From a virus (taxonomy: Duplodnaviria > Heunggongvirae > Uroviricota > Caudoviricetes), in the IMG/VR virus record IMGVR_UViG_2579778529_000004, positions 1 to 28,161 of that record: a DNA stretch of 28,161 nt; one strand, given 5' to 3'. The translations under genes were made by a program, and so were the position numbers. Below the pieces are notes generated by a model. It was not told the DNA's origin. It saw only the letters and a program-made list of their open reading frames with translations, and ran no database searches. Shown piece after piece: positions 8,952-18,126 of this stretch (position 1 is the stretch's first letter; every line of letters starts with the position of its first letter).

Positions 8952-10134
8952 CGGAGGGTTTCGTGGTCATGTTCATCGGTGTGAGATAGACATCACCACC
9001 GGGACGCGGATTCATATCTTCCAGGTCACGGCAGTCATTGGGAGAGTAAATTCCCCAGTTAATCCCGGTGGCGTAGGCTTCAAAACGGGACTTCATATCC
9101 CCGCGCAGTAACGCCCCGGCGTTAAATTTGGCGTAATAAACGCCCTGCTTACTTTTTCGTACCAGTCCGGTGTTGATCCGCTGTTCGATGCGGGTCAGAT
9201 ACGGCACCAGTGAATAGTTGATAAATCCGAGCCCCAGTTCTTCGATATTGTTGAAGGTGGCGCGATCGGTGTTCTGTACCATGTGCAACGGCACCCGGAA
9301 CAAACGACAGATTTCTTCAAGCTGAAACTTGCGGGTTTCCAGGAACTGGCTGTCCTCGGCGTTCAGCGCCATCGACTTCCAGTCCAGCCCCATCTCAAGG
9401 ATCATCGGGCGGTGAGCATTACCAAGCCCGGTGTGACGCTCCTCAAAATCTTTCTTCAGGCGCTCATAAGCCTGATCCGACAGCGTCTGTTCAGTACGCA
9501 ACACACCGGACGTCACCGCACCATTGCTGAACAGCCTGGCCCCGTGCTCTTCGGTCGCAGCTGCCAGCGATATTGCCTCGCGGGCATAGGCGATGGGATT
9601 CAGTCCCACCAGACCGTCCAGCGTCAGCGTGCGCACATGCCAGATATCCTCCTGGGTCAGCACATCCGTGGAGCCGTCCGGGAATGTGACCTGATAGACC
9701 GGTTCCCAGCTACTGTTAAGCTTCGGTACCACACAGCCGGGATCGACGGGCAGCAGTTCAGCCACTTCGCCAAATGCTTTCACTTTGTAGGCGTAAAAGT
9801 TTCCCCGCAGGCACAGACAGGTGACCACCAGCTCCCAGAACTCCTGCGGCGTCATATAGCCATTGGGATGCGTGGAGATCAGCTTATGCAGACGTTCGTC
9901 GGTGGCTCTCTGTTTCAGGCTGCCGTTCAGGTGATACAGATTGCAGGGCAACATCCCGACCGACTCTGCCAACACCCTGACGCAGGAAAAAACCGCCGTC
10001 AGTCGCATGGCCCGCTGGCTGCTGATCTGCTTTCCGGTATAGGTGTCATATGACAGCCCGATAGCATCCGCCAGCTCTGCTGGCGTGGTCACCGGCGCGT
10101 CACTTTTTCGTTGAAATAATCCCGAAAAGAACAC
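8893..10134 (-). CDS. Portal protein, HK97 family
   Basis: 413 aa; N-terminus parallels the insert's portal; GTG start at 10134 with GGAGG 6 nt upstream. Confidence 0.85.
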   Translation of the reverse strand: MFFSGLFQRKSDAPVTTPAELADAIGLSYDTYTGKQISSQRAMRLTAVFSCVRVLAESVGMLPCNLYHLNGSLKQRATDERLHKLISTHPNGYMTPQEFWELVVTCLCLRGNFYAYKVKAFGEVAELLPVDPGCVVPKLNSSWEPVYQVTFPDGSTDVLTQEDIWHVRTLTLDGLVGLNPIAYAREAISLAAATEEHGARLFSNGAVTSGVLRTEQTLSDQAYERLKKDFEERHTGLGNAHRPMILEMGLDWKSMALNAEDSQFLETRKFQLEEICRLFRVPLHMVQNTDRATFNNIEELGLGFINYSLVPYLTRIEQRINTGLVRKSKQGVYYAKFNAGALLRGDMKSRFEAYATGINWGIYSPNDCRDLEDMNPRPGGDVYLTPMNMTTKPSDGSKAGKQKDNANADETTS

Positions 10135-10316
10135 TATTTACCTCCGCCGACAGACGGCTGTGTACGGTCGAGATATCGCGCCACCAACCACGACCAGAAC
10201 AGGCACAGCACCCCGGCAACAACAAAACCCGCCGGGGGATAAATCAGCCAGGCACCATACGCCAGCAAAAGCGCCCCCAGCACGCCCACCAGTGGCGCGA
10301 GAATTATCAGAAACAT
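10134..10316 (-). CDS. Small membrane protein
   Basis: 60 aa with two hydrophobic segments ([24 protein letters not shown] / [16 protein letters not shown]); between terminase and portal. Confidence 0.4.
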   Translation of the reverse strand: MFLIILAPLVGVLGALLLAYGAWLIYPPAGFVVAGVLCLFWSWLVARYLDRTQPSVGGGK

Positions 10317-10327
10317 AATGACCTCGG

Positions 10328-11053
10328 TTAAAGCGAGCGGATGCCCACGCTGACCAGATGTTCAGACAGATCCGGCTCCGGTTCACCACCATTGACCAGC
10401 ATCCGGCTCATTGCTGTAAACATCGCAACAGGGCCGTCGATTTTGGCTTCCGGCGTGGATTTATTCGGGAAGATGTTGTCGTTTTTGTCCGGTTTTACCG
10501 TAACGTTAGACATCATCCAGTTCATGACCGGATGATTGCTGTGATGGAAACGCCCGGCATAGACCAGTGATTCCGTTTCCTTCATGGCCTCTGACAGATT
10601 GCGAACCGTCTGCGGAACCTCCACCAGCGGTATCCCTTCTTCAGCCAGTGCCAGGCTGAACTGCATCGCGCTCCACGGGTCAAATCCCAGTTCCCTGAGG
10701 TTTTCACCACCAATCCATTCCAGTAAGTCACTTTTTATCTGAGCATGATCGATAACATCACCATCCGTCAGAATCAGCTTATCCATCTCCGCCCACTTCC
10801 GGTAAAGTTCTGCCTGCTGCCGCGAGCATCGTTCCAGCCGTCCTTCCGGAAGCCAGAATTTAAAATCGGCATGAACATGCCCGTTATCCGTTCGCCAGAG
10901 TTTTGCCGCCGCACAGATATCAATCTTATGAGCAAGGTCAACGCCGACCCACATGGGATACGTTTTCAGCTCATGTCGTGGGGCAATGTATTCGCACTTC
11001 TCCCACTTAATCATGTCCATCCAGGCAGACTCTGCTGTTACCCACACATTCAT
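10328..11053 (-). CDS. terL: Large terminase, C-terminal (nuclease domain) fragment of the gene interrupted by the insert
   Basis: 241 aa aligning with the C-terminal third of the insert's terminase (helper [14 protein letters not shown] vs insert TKRFNIWCQGATPW); reading frame is continuous with the N-terminal fragment at 25698-26730 once the insert is removed. Confidence 0.8.
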   Translation of the reverse strand: MNVWVTAESAWMDMIKWEKCEYIAPRHELKTYPMWVGVDLAHKIDICAAAKLWRTDNGHVHADFKFWLPEGRLERCSRQQAELYRKWAEMDKLILTDGDVIDHAQIKSDLLEWIGGENLRELGFDPWSAMQFSLALAEEGIPLVEVPQTVRNLSEAMKETESLVYAGRFHHSNHPVMNWMMSNVTVKPDKNDNIFPNKSTPEAKIDGPVAMFTAMSRMLVNGGEPEPDLSEHLVSVGIRSL

Positions 11054-11056
11054 GTG

Positions 11057-11071
11057 TTTGGTAAGAATATT
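11057..11071. other. Attachment-site junction (insert/helper terminase C-fragment side)
   Basis: Plus TTTGGTAAGAATATT; 12/15 identity to 25702-25716 with TTGGTAA core identical; terminase homology begins exactly here. Confidence 0.5.
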
Positions 11072-11139
11072 TCAAGTTTTTTAAAATCACCTGTATATCA
11101 ATCGTTTAACATGAAAAAACAGTCTTTATAAATCATCAA

Positions 11140-11160
11140 GCAATACACAGCGCAATACAC
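11140..11160. repeat. 21-bp terminal repeat GCAATACACAG(C/T)GCAATACAC, candidate integrase arm-type site
   Basis: 20/21 identical to 25552-25572 in direct orientation; itself a tandem duplication of GCAATACAC; 76 bp inside the insert end. Confidence 0.55.
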
Positions 11161-11345
11161 GTATCTGTATTGTTTTAATGCTGATACACACCGTTTTTTG
11201 ATACAGTGATTCGACCTACCATCGCGAAGAATTTTTTATTTCTTGTGTGTAACAATCTGACGAGGTGAGCACTCAAAGAGATAAGAGGCAGTAGAAATTT
11301 CGATCCCCCCTGAATGCAATTTTTCGTATATATATACAAAACAGC

Positions 11346-11499
11346 GCGGGTTATGCGGGTTAGCGGGTTATCTTCGCGTGCTAAGCATTTTTTACTCTTT
11401 AATATCAATAAGTTAAAAAAACAACGTATTTAAATATCAGCCAGAATATAACCCGCAAGACATTCAAAATAACCCGCAAACACCCCTCAAATAACCCGC
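11346..11499. repeat. Iteron cluster (crr-like): 3 tandem GCGGGTTA plus 3 TAACCCGC spaced about 21 bp
   Basis: GCGGGTTA at 11346, 11355, 11363; inverse copies at 11449, 11470, 11492; same 8-mer as the cluster at 19186-19308; flanked by AT-rich DNA. Confidence 0.6.
11416..11437. repeat. 22-bp conserved motif GTAT(T/G)TAAA(T/C)ATCAGCCAGAAT (copy 1)
   Basis: 20/22 identical to 17772-17793; both noncoding. Confidence 0.5.
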
Positions 11500-11580
11500 A
11501 AAAACATCCCTGAAAGTGGGCGCTGGTAATACTGAAAATTTATTCCATTAAATGAGCATTGTCCTCTCTCATCCATTCCG

Positions 11581-13242
11581 TTACACACCATCAAACGCCG
11601 CAAGCCGCTCTTTGTGGCTGTCGCTCATATCGAATGCAAATTCCTCATGCTCTGCCTGGAATGTGCCAAACGCCATCAGCGCCGCAACGCTCGGGTCTAT
11701 CTTGTTGGATGATTTTTTCTTGTTCGGCTTGATATTGGCGTTCGCGTCACTCTGCATCACAACATTACTCATTGACCAGGCCAACACCGGATCACCACGA
11801 TGCACAATCACCTTCCGGTTAACAAAAACTTCGAACGATTTCGCCGCCGGACTGAAACGAAGATATGTTTGCGGGAACGGCTCCACCTCAAATCCTGCTC
11901 CCTGTAGCTGCGTCCTCAGGTGCGTGGCGTTCCATGTATCGAAGCCCACCAGCCTGATATTGAAATTCTCTGCATCCGCCATGATGTCATCACGGATACG
12001 GTCATAATCAATGCAGTCACCCGGTGTTGTGCGTATCCAGCCCGCCTTTACCCACTGGCGATAGATGGCGCGGTTTTTATTGGCGGGATTCTGTAGCTGA
12101 AATTCCGGCAGATAGTGACGGGAAACCAGCATAATCTTTTTACCGACCGGGAAGGCATAGCACACGCTGGAAATATCGCTGGTTGATGATAAGTCCAGCC
12201 CCGCGTAGCACTCCTGCCCGTATAAATCCGCCTCCGCGAACGTTCCGGCACACTCCGCCCATGCACCGTTACCCATCCACGGCGTAGCCCCCTGACACCA
12301 GATATTGAATCGCTTGGTGAGCATTTCCACCCACTGCGACGGAATACCCCGCGCTTTCTGGATGGTTGAGGCCAGTTTTTCACGATCGACGGAAACATCG
12401 ATATTGGGATTCGCCTTTATCCACATCGCCGGATCGTCAACCTCGCTTTCATCATCCAGCTCGTAAATCAGCACGAACATGGATTCGTTCACCTCTTCAC
12501 CATCCAGTATCTGGCAGCAATAGTCGTAGTGTTGTTTACAGGCTGAAACAACGTTGCTCCCCGATGTGGTGATGGCAAATAATACCCCCTCTGGACGCGC
12601 CCCCATTCCCAGTTCAAGCGCGGAATAAACCCCGTTGTCAGGGTGCAGGTGATATTCATCCACAATGGCAAGACTCGGGTTTTTCCCCTCAATGGTTGCC
12701 GCTTTTGCTGCCAGTGGCGTTAACAGGCTGTTGGTTTTCGGGTGTATCACCTTGTGCGCCTGAATATTTACCCGCTTTCGTAACGGTCGGGATAAAAGGC
12801 ACATCTGACGCGCATCATCAAACACGATCCGCGCCTGATCACGACTCACGGCGGCGGTGTAAATATCCTGCTGCCCGTTTTCCATAACCAGAAACCAGTT
12901 AGCTAGGATAGCGGCGACCGTGGATTTGGCATTTTTTCGCGGTACTTCAATGAATGCGCTGGTGTATTTGCGCCGTCCGGTGGCCTTAACCTTAAAGCCC
13001 AGGATGCAGGAAAAGGCGAACTGCTGCCACGGCTCCAGTTCAATGGGGCTACCGCGCATTGCGCCTTTTACGTGCGGACACACCCTGGAAAAGGCAATAA
13101 ACCGCTCCACGACCTCCTGATCGAACGTGTAAAGGGGGTTTTCGAGGTCAGAAAAATATCGTTTAACGGCCTGTTTCAGTCGTTTACAGGCCGTAATTTT
13201 GCCGTTTTTTACGCCTTCTGCGTACTCATGCCAGGCGGTCAA
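11581..13242 (-). CDS. terL: Large terminase subunit (insert-encoded, intact)
   Basis: 553 aa, homologous along its length to the split helper terminase; TTG start at 13242 with GAGGAGGAGG upstream, overlapping the small-subunit 3' end. Confidence 0.9.
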   Translation of the reverse strand: MTAWHEYAEGVKNGKITACKRLKQAVKRYFSDLENPLYTFDQEVVERFIAFSRVCPHVKGAMRGSPIELEPWQQFAFSCILGFKVKATGRRKYTSAFIEVPRKNAKSTVAAILANWFLVMENGQQDIYTAAVSRDQARIVFDDARQMCLLSRPLRKRVNIQAHKVIHPKTNSLLTPLAAKAATIEGKNPSLAIVDEYHLHPDNGVYSALELGMGARPEGVLFAITTSGSNVVSACKQHYDYCCQILDGEEVNESMFVLIYELDDESEVDDPAMWIKANPNIDVSVDREKLASTIQKARGIPSQWVEMLTKRFNIWCQGATPWMGNGAWAECAGTFAEADLYGQECYAGLDLSSTSDISSVCYAFPVGKKIMLVSRHYLPEFQLQNPANKNRAIYRQWVKAGWIRTTPGDCIDYDRIRDDIMADAENFNIRLVGFDTWNATHLRTQLQGAGFEVEPFPQTYLRFSPAAKSFEVFVNRKVIVHRGDPVLAWSMSNVVMQSDANANIKPNKKKSSNKIDPSVAALMAFGTFQAEHEEFAFDMSDSHKERLAAFDGV

Positions 13243-13582
13243 GCTCGTCCTCCTCCTCTGTTTCCGGTGGATTTCTGCGGCGGCTTACCGGGTCAAAACC
13301 CAGCAAAGAAGCCATTTTGATCATTATTCTTTCCGCGTCAGCCTTTGCGCTCAGGGCGGGGTTTCTGCTCTCGCTGCCCTGACTGTTAACAATGCTGAAG
13401 CCGCGCGTCGCAAGGTCTTCGACGGCTTTGCGGTATATGGAGTAGTTAACGCAATACAGTTCCAGATTGCTCCAGTCGGCGGGGGTAAGGTCTTCCCGCC
13501 CGGAAAGCTGGCGCGATTTTTCCTTCCACTGCCTGACCGCGATTTCATCCAGGTAAGCGGGGGCTTTTGGTGGTCTTGCCAT
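13226..13582 (-). CDS. terS: Small terminase subunit (P27-family-like)
   Basis: Start placed at ATG 13582 (MARPPKAPAYL...), paralleling the helper small subunit N-terminus MSGPPKTPP...; the track ORF extends to 13723. Confidence 0.7.
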   Translation of the reverse strand: MARPPKAPAYLDEIAVRQWKEKSRQLSGREDLTPADWSNLELYCVNYSIYRKAVEDLATRGFSIVNSQGSESRNPALSAKADAERIMIKMASLLGFDPVSRRRNPPETEEEDELDRLA

Positions 13583-13870
13583 GTTCTTTTTTCGCCCAAT
13601 TATTTTCAAAAAAATTCCCGTGCACAAAAATTTGAGGAGGCGGTCGGTGTCCGGCAGGGACGGTTTTGTCCTGAAAACCTCCCCCACCCCCTCTGACGGC
13701 CTCACCAGCGATTGCGAAAACATTCCATGACCTCGCGGTCACGGTCGGTTAATTGCTTCGCTGTGGTGCGTTCTGTGCGCCCTGTCCTGTTGGCTTTGTG
13801 CCCTGTCTCCTGTGTCTTCCATAAGTCACGCTGCCTTATCAGTCCACGTATCAGCCTGTTTTGCTCCTGT
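13583..13870. other. Candidate cos/packaging-site region of the insert
   Basis: Noncoding gap between HNH stop and small-terminase start, the position where HK97-like cos sites lie; contains a G-rich tract and CCTGTC repeats. Positional inference only. Confidence 0.3.
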
Positions 13871-14311
13871 TCAGTCATCATCGCCATACATCCAGTCGTT
13901 ACGGTGTGCCGCCCGTTCTTCCTGCTCGCGATACATGCCCGCCTTACGGTTCGCTTTCGTGGCTGGATCTTCCCGTGTCGTCTTACGGTTGTGGCACGTC
14001 TGGCACAATGCCTGGTGATTCCACTCAGGCCAGAAGAGAACATCACCGCCGCCATTGATGGGAATGATGTGATCCACCACAAGAGCTGGCGTATAAATCC
14101 CCTTAGCCAGACAACGCACGCATAACGGGTTTTTGCTCAGGTACAGGGCGCGGTATTTGTCCCACTGTCGGGAATACCCGCGCGCGCGGCGGTGTCCCCG
14201 TCTGGCATCCTCTGCACGCCATGCAGCCCGCCTGTGCTCTTCACACTTTCCGGACTTCACGCGCTTATTACAGCCCGGCTCAGTGCAGCGCCTTAATGGT
14301 TGCCACGGCAT
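13871..14311 (-). CDS. HNH endonuclease (packaging-associated)
   Basis: 146 aa, Cys-rich with HNH-type motif (...VVDHIIPINGGGD...NHQALCQTCHNRKT); adjacent to the terminase genes. Confidence 0.85.
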   Translation of the reverse strand: MPWQPLRRCTEPGCNKRVKSGKCEEHRRAAWRAEDARRGHRRARGYSRQWDKYRALYLSKNPLCVRCLAKGIYTPALVVDHIIPINGGGDVLFWPEWNHQALCQTCHNRKTTREDPATKANRKAGMYREQEERAAHRNDWMYGDDD

Positions 14312-14610
14312 CAGTACACCCCCACATCACGATAAACCGACCAGAGCGCAGAAATAGCCATAGGCAGTTCAGACTGCTCCACAGGTGAAACCGCTTCCCT
14401 GTTCTCGTACAGGAAAGCGATGTACATCAGGCAACCAACACGTATTGCCGGGGTAAATTCCAGCCCGTCTTCAAAACGTTTCCCGATATGCTTCTGGCAG
14501 GCTTCCAGCGCCGCATCGGTATACATTTTCAGAAGTTCGCCTTCTCCGGAAAAGTCATCAAGGCGAAGATGTGCCCTGACTTCATCAGGTGTAATTTTGT
14601 CTTCACTCAT
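14311..14610 (-). CDS. gp6-like head-tail connector protein
   Basis: Start at ATG 14610 (MSEDKITPDEVRAHLRLDD...) with AGGTGA 6 nt upstream; resembles the helper gp6-like protein. Confidence 0.65.
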   Translation of the reverse strand: MSEDKITPDEVRAHLRLDDFSGEGELLKMYTDAALEACQKHIGKRFEDGLEFTPAIRVGCLMYIAFLYENREAVSPVEQSELPMAISALWSVYRDVGVY

Positions 14611-15817
14611 CTTTTTCACCTTTAATTTCCACAGTCTGCTTCCATGCCTGGCTGAACTCGTCGCCACCTTCACGCGGCGGCATTCCCTCACGCTCACGGG
14701 CTTCGTTCGGATTCATGATCCCGTTCTTAATCCCTTTCTCATACGTGGCGTAACGTTCAGTAGGTGTGGCGCGCAGTAAATCGGCTGAATCAAACTCAAC
14801 CAGATAACGGGTACCAGGTACGGGAGAAGCCACCAGCAAAGCGGCCTTGATTTGCTGTTCGAAGTTCGCCAGCCACGGACGCATTGTCATAGTCAGAAAC
14901 GCGCGGCTTGCCTCACTGAAATTGCTGTAGGTGCTGTTGCTGTATTCCTGCAGAAAAATCGGCGACACGTTGAACATCCGGGCGATGTCTTCAATGGAGA
15001 AGCGACGGGAGGCCAGCCATTCCGCATCCTGGTTACTCATCCCCAGTTGCTTGTAATCCATGCCCCCTTCAAGGATTGGCGTTTTTCCGGCATTTTTCGC
15101 CCCCTTGTAGCGTTCCAGTGCGTCTAATGCCTGTTTACCTTTCACGCCGTCCAGCCATTCGCCTGACGTGATAATCCCTGCCGCCATCATGCCATCTTTC
15201 ATAATGCTGGCTCCGTGACGCTGTTGAGCAAGGCCAAGCCCCAGCGCCTCACGGCAAATCGTGATGGGGGAGCGTCCCAGAAAGCCATCATCCGAGGCAT
15301 AGCGGAGATGCAGAACTTCTTCCTGTAAATACGTGCGCACCGTTCCTGTACAGGGTTCGGTGATGGTATAGCGGTATTTGTGTGCGCCTGTGCGTTCCGG
15401 TACAACACACCCCGGCGCATAAGGATGAAGTGATTTTGGCTGACCGTCCCGCCCCCATTCAATAACCGCATAGGCGTTACCGTTCAGCAGGCAGTGACGC
15501 ATCATTGTGCGTTTAAACTGGTAAGGTGTCTGGCACGAATTAGGCTGCTCATTCAGCAGAATATCTACCGGATGACTGTCCAGCCATTCCCGCGCCTCCC
15601 TGCCCTTGTCATTACGTACCAGATACAGATAACACGGCATCGTGGCCACCGCCTCAGCGATGACGGAAACCGCGTTCATCACTGCGGGCAATGATTCAGC
15701 CGTCCCGGCAGAAACATATTCTCCGGATCCGGTATTCGGTACGCCGGACAGCACCAGAAAATCATCAATGGACAGGTTACGTTGCTCGCTTTTTTTACGA
15801 CTAAAAGGCCACCACAT
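14603..15817 (-). CDS. Portal protein, HK97 family (insert-encoded)
   Basis: Start at ATG 15817 (MWWPFSRKK...), aligning with the helper portal N-terminus; the track ORF start at 16036 overlaps the protease gene. Confidence 0.85.
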   Translation of the reverse strand: MWWPFSRKKSEQRNLSIDDFLVLSGVPNTGSGEYVSAGTAESLPAVMNAVSVIAEAVATMPCYLYLVRNDKGREAREWLDSHPVDILLNEQPNSCQTPYQFKRTMMRHCLLNGNAYAVIEWGRDGQPKSLHPYAPGCVVPERTGAHKYRYTITEPCTGTVRTYLQEEVLHLRYASDDGFLGRSPITICREALGLGLAQQRHGASIMKDGMMAAGIITSGEWLDGVKGKQALDALERYKGAKNAGKTPILEGGMDYKQLGMSNQDAEWLASRRFSIEDIARMFNVSPIFLQEYSNSTYSNFSEASRAFLTMTMRPWLANFEQQIKAALLVASPVPGTRYLVEFDSADLLRATPTERYATYEKGIKNGIMNPNEAREREGMPPREGGDEFSQAWKQTVEIKGEKDE

Positions 15818-15818
15818 A

Positions 15819-16379
15819 TCACAACCCCGCCAGCTCTGCCCAGCGATGACGATTATTTCCTGCCGGGCGTAATTCAGGGTGCTGTGCAAACAACGAACGG
15901 TGGGCAATCTCCACGCCAGATTCGGGATAAGCAGGCATCGACGTGATCGTGATTTCCCTGAGTTCTGCAGCGGTAACAGTACGCAGATACGGTTTTTGCG
16001 CGATATTCCACTCTTCGCATAATGCGCGAAAGCCAAAGCTCATCCCTGTAATGTCGCCACGCTCCACCAGCGTAAGCACATCTTTTCCAAGCTGGGTATC
16101 AGGCGGTGTCAGTTCAAAACGTAGCCCGGTGTTGTCCTCAGTCAGTACCAGAGTGCCGGATTTGGTGCGCCCCAGCAGTTGGGTATAGTCATGCTCATAC
16201 AGGCAGCGCACATCATTACCCGCCGCCAGATAGTCAGCAAAAGCCCCCGGCGTGAACTGTTCGCGGAATTCGTCCCAGATAATTTCTGAAAGGCTGTTCC
16301 AGCGAACGGCATACCCCACCAGCTTTTTATTGCTGGCGGTCAGTTCAGATGTGCGGATTTCAAAATCGGTGTTTTTCAT
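15819..16379 (-). CDS. Prohead protease, HK97 family (insert-encoded)
   Basis: 186 aa between capsid and portal genes; GGAG RBS before ATG 16379. Confidence 0.8.
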   Translation of the reverse strand: MKNTDFEIRTSELTASNKKLVGYAVRWNSLSEIIWDEFREQFTPGAFADYLAAGNDVRCLYEHDYTQLLGRTKSGTLVLTEDNTGLRFELTPPDTQLGKDVLTLVERGDITGMSFGFRALCEEWNIAQKPYLRTVTAAELREITITSMPAYPESGVEIAHRSLFAQHPELRPAGNNRHRWAELAGL

Positions 16380-16395
16380 CGGTGTACTCCATAAA

Positions 16396-16421
16396 GCTGA
16401 AAAAGGAGGCCGCAGCCTCCT
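16396..16421 (-). terminator. Stem-loop with T-run just 3' of the insert's major capsid gene
   Basis: Minus-strand stem AGGAGGC/GCCTCCT with 4-nt loop followed by TTTTT, between capsid stop (16434) and protease start; mirrors the helper hairpin at 7016-7039. Confidence 0.45.
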
Positions 16422-16433
16422 CCTTACTCATGA

Positions 16434-17603
16434 CTAGCCAGCTTTCATTTCCAGAATTTTGATGGCGTTTGAATCCACCACACCACCGCCCAGATATTTA
16501 TCCGTGTGGACCTTGTAGAATCCGGGTTCAGTAATGTTGTCCGGTCGGGTGCGAATCCCTGTTACATGATCAACGATGAAATAACCACGACTGAAATCGC
16601 CAACCGCTAGCGGTGCTTTTCCTGCGCCGATGTCCGGCATGGACTCCAGGCAGAAAACAGGACGACCAAGCAACATATCCGGCGCACCTTCTTTAAGGCT
16701 GTCGCGCCAGATATAATCGCCATTCTCATTTTTCAGCTTCTGTAGTGTCCCTGCCGTGCCCGAGTTCATCACCCAGACGGCATTTTTGCGGTATTTCGCT
16801 TTCAGCTTGTAGAGAATGTCGATCAGTTCGTCCGCTGTAATGGCGGTTCCACTTGCCGCTACCACTTTTTCAATGGTGCCAAAAGCGCGGGTTTTGTCAC
16901 TGGTCGCCGCACGGGTGTAAGCCATGAAGCCTTTCGGCTTGCCGTTACCGTCGCCATTAACAAAATCATCCTCTTCGGTGCTGGCGAACGTGTCGGCAAT
17001 TTCGGAGGATAACCAGCCCAAAATATCCACCTCTGAAAAATCCAGGATTTCCTGCGTGGTTTTCGGGTAGGCGTAGATCTGATTCAGCTTGATGGTTACA
17101 CGTTCAATTTTCGGGGTGTTGGTTTCACTACGTGCGCTGCCTTCTGTGCCTCGTCCTACAGTTGCGCCGCCAGTGGAAACCAGTTTCTGAAACTCATTTG
17201 ATTTTGCGGTCTTCACGGTCGCGATCACGCGCATAACACTGTCATCCTGTAGCTGGCGCATGACTTCGCGATCAAGCTCAGGAATTACGGTATATCCGCC
17301 ATCCCTGCCGCTGTCAGTGCTGGTGGACAGTGATCGCACATCTCCGGTTACGATGTAGTTACGCAATTCATCAGATGATAATTTCTGGATGCCCGTTCCT
17401 GGCTTGCTGCGTTCTTCATCAGCCACAGACTCGAGGCGGTAAATTTCTGTGTCGAGGGAATCGGCTTTTGCACGCAGTTCATCAAACTGTTTGCCCTCGT
17501 CATCGTTCAGGCTGCGGTTTTCACTGTCGGCTTTTTCCAGCAGGGATCGCATCTGGTTTTTCAGGGCGGTTTTTTGCTGGCGGAGTTCGATTAATTTCTT
17601 CAT
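16434..17603 (-). CDS. Major capsid protein, HK97 fold (insert-encoded)
   Basis: 389 aa with coiled-coil N-terminal region; C-terminus DSNAIKILEMKAG parallels the helper DSQAIKLLKIAAA. Confidence 0.85.
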   Translation of the reverse strand: MKKLIELRQQKTALKNQMRSLLEKADSENRSLNDDEGKQFDELRAKADSLDTEIYRLESVADEERSKPGTGIQKLSSDELRNYIVTGDVRSLSTSTDSGRDGGYTVIPELDREVMRQLQDDSVMRVIATVKTAKSNEFQKLVSTGGATVGRGTEGSARSETNTPKIERVTIKLNQIYAYPKTTQEILDFSEVDILGWLSSEIADTFASTEEDDFVNGDGNGKPKGFMAYTRAATSDKTRAFGTIEKVVAASGTAITADELIDILYKLKAKYRKNAVWVMNSGTAGTLQKLKNENGDYIWRDSLKEGAPDMLLGRPVFCLESMPDIGAGKAPLAVGDFSRGYFIVDHVTGIRTRPDNITEPGFYKVHTDKYLGGGVVDSNAIKILEMKAG

Positions 17604-17771
17604 GAAGGTTTTCTCGTATTGGTTAAGATTCAGGACGTGAAACCAACACGGAGGGAGCGCCGCCCGACACTCTCGGCATCTCGCAGATCAACCCGGCATC
17701 GCGCAGGGGGTCAGGCGGCATTGTGGCGGCTCACGTCTGAGTGCCACACGCCAACATATACATAAAAATCA

Positions 17772-17793
17772 GTATGTAAACATCAGCCAGAAT
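17772..17793. repeat. 22-bp conserved motif (copy 2), upstream of the capsid operon
   Basis: 20/22 identical to 11416-11437; about 170 bp upstream of the capsid ATG. Confidence 0.5.
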
Positions 17794-17840
17794 CACCGAA
17801 CAACCTGGAACAACCACGAACAAATAATTTACAAAACCTG

Positions 17841-17866
17841 AAAAAAAGACCTGGAGAAAATCCAGG
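17841..17866 (-). terminator. Rho-independent terminator ending the early/replication operon
   Basis: Minus-strand stem CCTGGA/TCCAGG with 5-nt loop followed by 7 T; immediately downstream of the 17878-18126 gene. Confidence 0.5.
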
Positions 17867-17877
17867 CCTTTATCGCT

Positions 17878-18126
17878 TTATTGTTTCACTGGATCCCGCA
17901 TTCTGCGTCTTATTTTCCACAGATATTCGATCATCGCTTCCACCTGCTCACGATTGGTTGCGAAAATTTCCCCGGTCAGTGAGCTGCGCAGAAAATCATG
18001 ATGATCCACAACAAACAACGCATCGGAAGAAAGCAGACGGCGATATTTTTTTGCTGTCGTGGTTTCCAGATCATCAAAACCATGAAACTTTTTATGTTGC
18101 TGGACTTCTTCAAATGTCACTGGCAT
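17878..18126 (-). CDS. Hypothetical protein
   Basis: 82-aa ORF overlapping the FinO-like gene stop; no recognised motif. Confidence 0.45.
   Translation of the reverse strand: MPVTFEEVQQHKKFHGFDDLETTTAKKYRRLLSSDALFVVDHHDFLRSSLTGEIFATNREQVEAMIEYLWKIRRRMRDPVKQ

Noticed and set aside
9283..10053. 256-aa plus-strand ORF
   Set aside because: Antisense to the portal gene, which has clear homology support.
11057..11071. tRNA gene as the integration target
   Set aside because: No tRNA-like cloverleaf sequence at either junction; the flanks translate as terminase.
11175..11408. 77-aa minus-strand ORF in the insert's terminal noncoding region
   Set aside because: Lies in AT-rich DNA containing the iterons; no RBS and the reading frame crosses the repeat array, so it is more likely origin-type DNA than coding.
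11346..11499. Possible CRISPR array
   Set aside because: Repeats are only 8 bp with about 21-bp period and partly inverted, with no cas genes; this fits replication iterons, not CRISPR.
12366..12572. Short plus-strand ORFs inside the insert's terminase region (for example 12366-12572, 12696-12887, 12920-13120)
   Set aside because: All antisense to the well-supported large terminase gene.
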